Shown piece by piece: positions 6,343 to 11,488 of a stretch of DNA of 11,488 nucleotides. Every line of letters begins with the position of its first letter. Positions within the stretch are counted from its first letter, which is position 1. The notes beneath the pieces were generated by a model. That model saw nothing but the letters and a program-made list of their open reading frames with translations. It made no database searches and was not told the DNA's origin. A program made the position numbers and the translations under genes. The DNA is from Promethearchaeota archaeon (GTDB lineage: Archaea; Asgardarchaeota; Hermodarchaeia; Hermodarchaeales; Hermodarchaeaceae), in the NCBI GenBank assembly GCA_048939625.1, contig JBHLPH010000042.1, positions 1 through 11,488 on the forward strand. Reading direction: 5' to 3'.

Positions 6343-6627
6343 TTGGCCGAAACGAACTCCAAGCTTATTCGCATTTTACAAGTCGTTGGCATTTTCTTCC
6401 TACTTGGAGCAGCATTCCTTGCCATAACGAACCTCGCTTTAGATATTCCCTTTGACCAAGCAGCAGCTATTCTTCTTCTTGCATATTTGCTAATTTGTGG
6501 ACTTTGCTTTGGCATGTCTGGATTAATGAGTGAAAACCCCGAACGGACCCGTAAATTATTCATTGAATGGTTTATTGTAGTTGTAGCGATTCTTATTTGG
6601 GTCATAGGAGTATATGCACTACTCTAA
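6343..6627 (+). CDS. Small hypothetical membrane protein (about 3 TM helices)
   Basis: 94 aa with three hydrophobic segments separated by charged loops (NPERTRK). TTG start. I recognise no family. It lacks the Gly-rich, carboxylate-containing pattern of an ATPase c/K subunit. Confidence 0.55.
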   Translation: MAETNSKLIRILQVVGIFFLLGAAFLAITNLALDIPFDQAAAILLLAYLLICGLCFGMSGLMSENPERTRKLFIEWFIVVVAILIWVIGVYALL

Positions 6628-6650
6628 CTATATCCGTGAGGAATCACATC

Positions 6651-7304
6651 TTGTCAGAATCGGCAGGTATCATTGCAGGGGTTCGCCCAACAAGAATGGA
6701 ATTACTGACACTCAAAGAACGACGTGAACTTGCAGCTCGCGGTTATGAATTGCTTCGAGAAAAACAAGATGCCCTTGTTCGTGAATTCTTTGCAATTCTT
6801 TCAGAGGCAAAAAAGCATCGAGAAGAAATGGAAACGACCCTTGCAGAAGCTTTTACTTCCTTAATGAATGCTAAACTCGTTGAGGGAGGAGCAAAACTTC
6901 AGGAACTCGCGCTGGGTGCGAAAAGCCCTCTTGATTTTGAAGTAGAGACCCGAAATACTATGGGAGTTTCGGTTCCTATTTTTCGGATAACCGAACAGGA
7001 AGAAGCAGTGCAGTTGCATTATAGTCTGGCAGGAACTTCAGCTACTGTGGATAAAGCCGCACAAAAAGTTCGATTAGCACTTGAGAAAGTAGTGCGGTTA
7101 GCTGAAATCGAAGCAACAGTTAAACGGCTCGCATCAGAAATTGAAAAAACCAAGCGACGAGTAAATGCCCTCAATTACGTGGTTCTTCCTCGAATTAACA
7201 ATACGATCCGATATATTGAGCTCATGTTAGAAGAACAGGAGCGAGAAGACCTCTTCCGAATGAAACGAGTAAAAGCTATGCTTGAACGAAAAGAAGAGAA
7301 CTAG
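6651..7304 (+). CDS. atpD: A/V-type ATP synthase subunit D
   Basis: RPTRMELLTLKERRELAARGYELLREKQDAL at the N-terminus and KRRVNALNYVVLPRI near the C-terminus are typical of subunit D. The ORF track starts at 6567, overlapping the upstream gene. TTG 6651 or GTG 6636, downstream of the upstream stop at 6625-6627, are more plausible starts. Confidence 0.8.
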   Translation: MSESAGIIAGVRPTRMELLTLKERRELAARGYELLREKQDALVREFFAILSEAKKHREEMETTLAEAFTSLMNAKLVEGGAKLQELALGAKSPLDFEVETRNTMGVSVPIFRITEQEEAVQLHYSLAGTSATVDKAAQKVRLALEKVVRLAEIEATVKRLASEIEKTKRRVNALNYVVLPRINNTIRYIELMLEEQEREDLFRMKRVKAMLERKEEN

Positions 7305-7697
7305 TTATTTTTCTGTCAAAACTATAATGGCCTTTGCTAAATTCCCCTCGACTGCCCGCAAAGCATCGCGAGCCTCATCTTCGGACACATTAGCTTGACT
7401 TGCCACTAACTGTACATCTTCTTCACTAAATGTTTGAACTGAAGTAACAGGAGTACTCGCTTCTAGTTCAGTAGATACCGTCAATCCTCTTTCCTCCGAC
7501 TGACCGATGATTTGGTAGATATCATCACCCTGCGCCTGCATGACAAGTACTTGGGCTTGAGGGATTACGATTTCTTTATCTGGAAGCCGAATAAGCACCT
7601 CAGATACATCTTCGAGTTGTTGGAAATCAACGCCCATTTTGCGCATTTGGCGTTCCATAGATCTTTTCTTTGATTTGACTTTCTTTACCTTCACCAA
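7305..7697 (-). CDS. nac: Nascent polypeptide-associated complex protein (archaeal NAC: NAC domain plus C-terminal UBA)
   Basis: Contains ERQMRKMGVDFQQLEDVSEVLIRLPDKEIVI (NAC domain) and EEDVQLVASQANVSEDEARDALRAVEGNLAKAI (UBA-like). The start is TTG 7697 or GTG 7694, with GAGGG about 7 nt upstream. Confidence 0.85.
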   Translation of the reverse strand: MVKVKKVKSKKRSMERQMRKMGVDFQQLEDVSEVLIRLPDKEIVIPQAQVLVMQAQGDDIYQIIGQSEERGLTVSTELEASTPVTSVQTFSEEDVQLVASQANVSEDEARDALRAVEGNLAKAIIVLTEK

Positions 7698-7744
7698 TGC
7701 ATATCCCTCATAACATATGCAGAATCGGATAAGCGAGTATAAAT

Positions 7745-8254
7745 TTAGGTTTTCCGCTTCCTGATTGAATGGCGCGTTTTCACAGCTACTCCATGAGATA
7801 AATCAACCATTTCTCGTGGGCTCAAGTGGGCTTTTCCAACTGCAAGCAACATATCTTCCTCATCAGTAACTAATACCTCATCTCCTGCCCGAATTTGAGG
7901 ATCTACGGATTTGACATGCTTGGCAAAAACACTTCGTCCTTCAGCGATGAATTTTGCTACTTCTTGGTCAGTAACCACTCTTAGTTTCGGTGGCGAAAGA
8001 GCCTTATGAAGTCGTTTACCGCCTTCGATAGTGAGGACGATCATTCCATCATGTGCGCGAACTGTTGCAAGAATTGTAGAGCCTAAGCTTACTCGTCTTA
8101 TTCGCCCTGAAGTTTTGGAGACCTCTACCTTACACTTGTCTGGAAATAGTAAATGACCTATTGGTGCATTGAATTGGTAATTAGCAATGCCCCTTACTCG
8201 GTAAAGTTTATCGTTGATTTGCGAAGTAACTCGCCTCGTTTCTTTTACAACGAT
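7745..8254 (-). CDS. pre-PUA + PUA domain protein (small archaeal RNA-binding protein resembling the archaeosine-TGT C-terminal region)
   Basis: The ORF track gives only 7745..8044 (the PUA part: GRSVFAKHVKSVDPQIRAGDEVLV...AVGKAHLS). The frame stays open upstream to the PAN stop and encodes DKLYRVRGIANYQF...LLFPD...SGRIRRV...LATVRAHDG, the usual N-terminal domain of this family. That stretch has no ATG/GTG/TTG. 8254 is the maximal extent; the true start is unknown. Confidence 0.7.
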   Translation of the reverse strand: MVVKETRRVTSQINDKLYRVRGIANYQFNAPIGHLLFPDKCKVEVSKTSGRIRRVSLGSTILATVRAHDGMIVLTIEGGKRLHKALSPPKLRVVTDQEVAKFIAEGRSVFAKHVKSVDPQIRAGDEVLVTDEEDMLLAVGKAHLSPREMVDLSHGVAVKTRHSIRKRKT

Positions 8255-9460
8255 TTATCCATAAATGTCTGTCGTGTCTCCTCTATCACCAATTGAGCCT
8301 AAGACTTTGGTGATGGCTTTATCGAAATCATCTTTGAAGACTTCATCTCGAAGTTCGCGTATGGCAAACATCCCAGCTTCAGTACAAATTGCCTTCAAAT
8401 CTGCTCCTGAGGCACCATTTGTTTTCAAAGAGAGATTACTCACATCAACATCAGGGTTAATGTTCATGTTCCGCATATGAATTCGAAGAATCTGAATCCG
8501 TGCTTCTTTGTCGGGAAATGGAAATTGGATGATACGATCAAATCTACCAGGTCTGGTGAGCGCGCTGTCAAGAATATCAGGACGGTTTGTTGCAGCCAGG
8601 ATGCGAACATCACCACGTGGGTCAAAACCATCAAGCATACTAAGAAGTTGCATTAGGGTTCTTTGGACCTCACGATCACCACTGGTTGCGATATCTAGTC
8701 GACGACTGGCAACTGCATCTAACTCATCGATGAAGACAATACTAGGCGCTCGTTTTCGAGCCATATAGAAAATCTCTCTTACTATTCTGGCTCCTTCGCC
8801 AATGAATTTTTGGACCAGTTCAGAGCCGATAACTCGAATGAAGGTCGCTTTCGTTTCATGAGCGACAGCACGAGCTAGCAGGGTTTTTCCAGTTCCGGGA
8901 GGTCCACATAATAGTACCCCCTTCGGTGGCTCAATGCCTACTTTTTCGAATAGTTCAGGATGTAAGAGTGGAAGTTCAACGGTCTCACGAATTTCTGAAA
9001 TTTGTTCTTCTAAACCACCGATATCATCATAGGTTACATCAGGACTTTCTTCAACATTCATGGCTTGGACAAATGGATCAATCGAGATAGGTAGAATATC
9101 GACAACGGCTAGGGTCCGCTGGTTCAATGCCACCTTTGCCCCTGATTCAAGTTGACTACCAATTATCGATTCGGGATAATTAACTACAAATTGTGGACCT
9201 GTGCTGCTTTTCACGATTACTCGACCATCATCGAGTACATCGATTACTGTTGCTGAGACCAAGGGGGGCTGACGCAGTTTATTTAGTTCAGCTTGAAGAA
9301 TTCGAACTTCGTTTTCAAGCCGAGTACGTTCAGCGATTATCTGTTCCCTTTCAACTTCAAGTTCTCGAACTCGTTGCTCTAGTAAAACTGTCCGCTCAGC
9401 AAGACTCAGGTAGTCCTCAGAAGAAATCGCTTTTTTTCGGATATCGGTTGAATCAGTCAT
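8255..9460 (-). CDS. pan: Proteasome-activating nucleotidase (AAA+ ATPase, Rpt homolog)
   Basis: N-terminal coiled coil, OB region, Walker A GPPGTGKT, Walker B IVFIDELD, a second region of homology, and a C-terminal HbYX-type tail ...DIYG. Confidence 0.92.
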   Translation of the reverse strand: MTDSTDIRKKAISSEDYLSLAERTVLLEQRVRELEVEREQIIAERTRLENEVRILQAELNKLRQPPLVSATVIDVLDDGRVIVKSSTGPQFVVNYPESIIGSQLESGAKVALNQRTLAVVDILPISIDPFVQAMNVEESPDVTYDDIGGLEEQISEIRETVELPLLHPELFEKVGIEPPKGVLLCGPPGTGKTLLARAVAHETKATFIRVIGSELVQKFIGEGARIVREIFYMARKRAPSIVFIDELDAVASRRLDIATSGDREVQRTLMQLLSMLDGFDPRGDVRILAATNRPDILDSALTRPGRFDRIIQFPFPDKEARIQILRIHMRNMNINPDVDVSNLSLKTNGASGADLKAICTEAGMFAIRELRDEVFKDDFDKAITKVLGSIGDRGDTTDIYG

Positions 9461-9486
9461 TGCAAGCTCTCTGAGTCAAACGCGCT

Positions 9487-9498
9487 AAAAGCTTTTTT
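9487..9498. promoter_or_regulatory. Palindromic A/T box (aaaagctttttt) in the divergent pan/mbf1 spacer; candidate TATA element. A second, related box lies at 9545-9557.
   Basis: aaaagctttt is a 10-bp perfect palindrome 27-40 nt upstream of the pan ATG. aaaaacagcttttt with agatatt lies 37-55 nt upstream of the mbf1 ATG. Confidence 0.3.
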
Positions 9499-9601
9499 TA
9501 TTCCCCCAGTGCAAGATGTCCTGCTTCTGAGAGATAGTTAGAACAAAAACAGCTTTTTAGATATTGGCGGGTAAAGGATACAATGGTGGCGATTACTAAC
9601 A

Positions 9602-10126
9602 ATGCCAACCTGTGAAATCTGTGGCCGAGAATGCCATTCAACCCGAGAAATTACCCTCGAAGGGGCAACCCTTTATGCCTGTAACCGATGTGCTGAATTG
9701 GGTCAACCTGTACATCGAACTAAGAAACCAGGATACTCAGCATCAGCACCACCGAAAAGCCGTCCGGTCTCTATACCTCATCCCTCATCAACAACTAGGC
9801 ATACAGGGCTTCGTTCTCGACCTCAACGGCGTGAACTAGTGCCGGTCGAGAATTTTACAAAACTAATTCGAAGAGCCCGAGAAGAAAGAGGATGGTCACA
9901 ACGTGATGTGGCGAACCAACTTCATGAACGGACATCACTGATAACAAAAGTCGAAAGCGGCAAGATGGCCCCCACAATTACGCTAGCGCGAAAGTTTGAG
10001 CGGTTGTACAAATTAACATTGTTGGAGGAAGCAGAATCAGTTGATCTTTCTCCTTCACCTTCACCGAGTTCGGCAACCTTGGGTGATGTGGTTCACATAA
10101 AAAGAAAGAAACAATCATCTCGTTAA
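9602..10126 (+). CDS. mbf1: Archaeal multiprotein bridging factor 1 (N-terminal zinc ribbon plus Xre-type HTH)
   Basis: CEICGRE...CNRCAELG is a CxxC...CxxC ribbon. It is followed by a Pro/Ser-rich linker and an HTH (IRRAREERGWSQRDVANQLHERTSLITKVESGK). Confidence 0.85.
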   Translation: MPTCEICGRECHSTREITLEGATLYACNRCAELGQPVHRTKKPGYSASAPPKSRPVSIPHPSSTTRHTGLRSRPQRRELVPVENFTKLIRRAREERGWSQRDVANQLHERTSLITKVESGKMAPTITLARKFERLYKLTLLEEAESVDLSPSPSPSSATLGDVVHIKRKKQSSR

Positions 10127-10170
10127 ATCGCTTCGCGGGTATTCACTAAGCTGGAGAAGAGGAAGTTTCT

Positions 10171-10719
10171 ATGGGTCCGATAGAGAGGCGAATAGTTGTT
10201 CTGAAATTAGACCATCGTCCAGAACGTGATAAACGTATAACAACGCATGTAGGATTAACCGCTCGAGCTTTTGGTGCGACCGAATTTTGGACTTCGGGAT
10301 TACGAGATTCCAAAATTTCAGAAACAATCCAACAGGTAACCAGTCAATGGGGAAATCAAGCATTTAAAACCAGCACTGGTGTAAAGTGGCGAAATCGTAT
10401 TCAAGAATGGAAAAAACAAGGGGGTACAATTATCCATCTTACTATGTATGGACTTCATATTGATGATGTAATCGAACGAATTCGAACTTCACAACAACCA
10501 TTACTCATTGTGGTTGGAGGTCCCAAAGTACCTATCGAGGTCTTTCACTTAGCCGACTTTAATGTGGCTATTGGTCATCAACCACATAGTGAGGTTGCAG
10601 CCCTTGCCTTATTTTTAGATAGGCTCTTTGAGGGACAAAGTCTTCATCAGAAATTCACTGATGCCACTATAGAAATCACACCGACAAGTCATGGTAAACA
10701 AGTTAAGAGACCTGATTAA
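10171..10719 (+). CDS. trm56: tRNA (cytidine56-2'-O)-methyltransferase aTrm56 (SPOUT family)
   Basis: LDHRPERDKRITTHVGLTARAFGA, HLTMYGL and NVAIGHQPHSEVAALALFLDRL closely match the aTrm56 family pattern. Confidence 0.88.
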   Translation: MGPIERRIVVLKLDHRPERDKRITTHVGLTARAFGATEFWTSGLRDSKISETIQQVTSQWGNQAFKTSTGVKWRNRIQEWKKQGGTIIHLTMYGLHIDDVIERIRTSQQPLLIVVGGPKVPIEVFHLADFNVAIGHQPHSEVAALALFLDRLFEGQSLHQKFTDATIEITPTSHGKQVKRPD

Positions 10720-10764
10720 TTTTTTGAGCGATTCAAATCAGCAATTTCCGTTGATAAACAAAAA

Positions 10765-10775
10765 GGTCTATATTC
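10765..10775 (+). promoter_or_regulatory. Candidate BRE/TATA for tfe (aaaagg-tctatatt)
   Basis: An A/T box lies 18-27 nt upstream of ATG 10792, consistent with a leaderless transcript. Confidence 0.35.
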
Positions 10776-10791
10776 AATGCAAGATTAGATT

Positions 10792-11313
10792 ATGTGTAAA
10801 TCTATGTCCGGACGTGAGATGCTAATTAAGCAGGTTGTCATTGAATTCGCCGGCGAAGACGCATTTGAAGTAGTTAGACGCTTGAAAGATGATGAAGAAA
10901 CAACAGATGAGGAAATTGCTAATGAAACAGGCATGCGCCTAAATGCTGTTCGCAAGATCCTATACAAGCTTTATGATCTTCATTTGGCGTCCTATCGCCG
11001 AACCCGCGACAAACAAACTGGGTGGTTTGTTTACTACTGGATATTAGAACCTGAACGCATCCATGGCCTACTGCGAGACAAGAAGAACAAGGTACTCGAG
11101 AAGCTTCGGCAGCGACTTCAATTCGAAACAGAAAATACGTTCTACCACTGTAACAATAATGGTTGTCCACGCCACACATTCGAAGAAGCTATGGCAAACG
11201 CCTTCAAATGTCCCGTGTGTTCTGGTCAACTAGTTCATGTCGATAACATCCAAATAATCACACTTCTGAAAAAACAGGTCCAACTCCTCGAAAAGGAAGT
11301 TGGGAACAACTAA
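10792..11313 (+). CDS. tfe: Transcription factor E (TFE alpha, TFIIE-alpha homolog): winged helix plus zinc ribbon
   Basis: The winged-helix region is TDEEIANETGMRLNAVRKILYKLYDLHLASYRR...WFVYYW. The zinc ribbon is YHCNNNGCPR...FKCPVCSG. Alternative in-frame ATGs lie at 10804 and 10819. Confidence 0.88.
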   Translation: MCKSMSGREMLIKQVVIEFAGEDAFEVVRRLKDDEETTDEEIANETGMRLNAVRKILYKLYDLHLASYRRTRDKQTGWFVYYWILEPERIHGLLRDKKNKVLEKLRQRLQFETENTFYHCNNNGCPRHTFEEAMANAFKCPVCSGQLVHVDNIQIITLLKKQVQLLEKEVGNN

Positions 11314-11342
11314 TTTTATTAACCTGCATATTCTTCGAGAAG

Positions 11343-11352
11343 CCTTTATAGG
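11343..11352 (+). promoter_or_regulatory. Candidate TATA box for tRNA-Val (cctttatagg)
   Basis: An A/T box ends about 30 nt upstream of tRNA position 1 (11381). Confidence 0.4.
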
Positions 11353-11380
11353 GAAGCGTTGAACATCTCTCGACAAGTTT

Positions 11381-11488
11381 GGGCCGATGGTCTAGCTTTC
11401 TACTGGGAGATACTCCTGTAGACTAGAAGGCTATGATATCGCGCTTACACCGCGATGGTCGGGGGTTCGAGTCCCTCTCGGCCCACCA
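11381..11488 (+). tRNA. tRNA-Val (anticodon UAC) with a 31-nt intron in the D-loop and a genomically encoded CCA
   Basis: The acceptor stem gggccga/tcggccc is perfect. The T arm is ggggg-ttcgagt-ccctc. The anticodon arm is tcgcg-cttacac-cgcga, with the anticodon tac at 11446-11448. The variable loop is tggtc, position 73 is A, and the CCA lies at 11486-11488. Confidence 0.9.
11398..11428 (+). other. BHB intron of tRNA-Val at a non-canonical position (between D-loop nt 17 and 18); boundaries +/-1 nt
   Basis: This is a canonical hBHBh' fold: outer helix 11387-11391:11430-11434, bulge aag 11427-11429, central 4 bp 11392-11395:11423-11426, bulge ctt 11396-11398, inner helix 11399-11403:11418-11422. 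Removal leaves the D-loop AGCUGGCUA. Confidence 0.75.

Noticed and set aside
7302-7307. The convergent atpD (TAG 7302-7304) and nac (TAA 7305-7307, minus strand) stop codons abut with no spacer
   Set aside because: Compact convergent gene ends are common in archaeal genomes. This implies overlapping 3' ends but nothing more that I can support.
1-11488. Global reassignment of TGA (alternative genetic code) as an explanation for the in-frame TGAs in dnaG and the island
   Set aside because: taw2 terminates at TGA 3160-3162, exactly at the family-typical C-terminus (RVFKG). Reading through the dnaG TGA in frame 1 gives non-DnaG sequence and a second TGA 12 nt later.
1-11488. A search for CRISPR repeats, transposase or integrase genes, toxin-antitoxin pairs or other defence or accessory modules
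   Set aside because: I saw no regularly spaced repeats and no ORF with such signatures. Apart from the 1920-2355 island, every long ORF is a recognisable housekeeping gene or a small membrane protein.

Overview
This is an archaeal chromosomal segment, roughly 44-45% GC by hand count, packed with core information-processing genes. In order: a stand-alone 5S rRNA, a DUF1512-like membrane protein, archaeal PPAT, a Taw2/Trm5-family tRNA modification enzyme, TyrRS (-), a small Toprim protein, DnaG, a small 3-TM protein, an orphan A/V-ATPase subunit D, NAC (-), a pre-PUA/PUA protein (-), PAN (-), MBF1, aTrm56, TFE, and an intron-containing tRNA-Val(UAC). I saw no CRISPR array, transposase, integrase or recognisable defence gene. 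The main finding is in dnaG. Its reading frame is broken inside the conserved GQTEGLLG motif by a 28-nt element that folds into bulge(3)-helix(4)-bulge(3) geometry with a perfect 9-bp inner helix. Cutting at the structure-predicted sites (removing 5084..5111) restores both the frame and the motif, so this is a candidate protein-coding (mRNA) BHB intron. The tRNA-Val at the window end has a textbook hBHBh' intron in the D-loop, which shows the host splices BHB elements at non-canonical positions. Other observations:
- an unassigned GC-rich island (about 57% GC against about 45% flanks) between coaD and taw2;
- a PUA gene whose conserved N-terminal domain has no canonical start codon and lies in frame behind the PAN stop;
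- an atpD gene detached from any ATPase operon;
- frequent TTG/GTG starts.
All functional calls come from motif recognition by eye. No database search was run.
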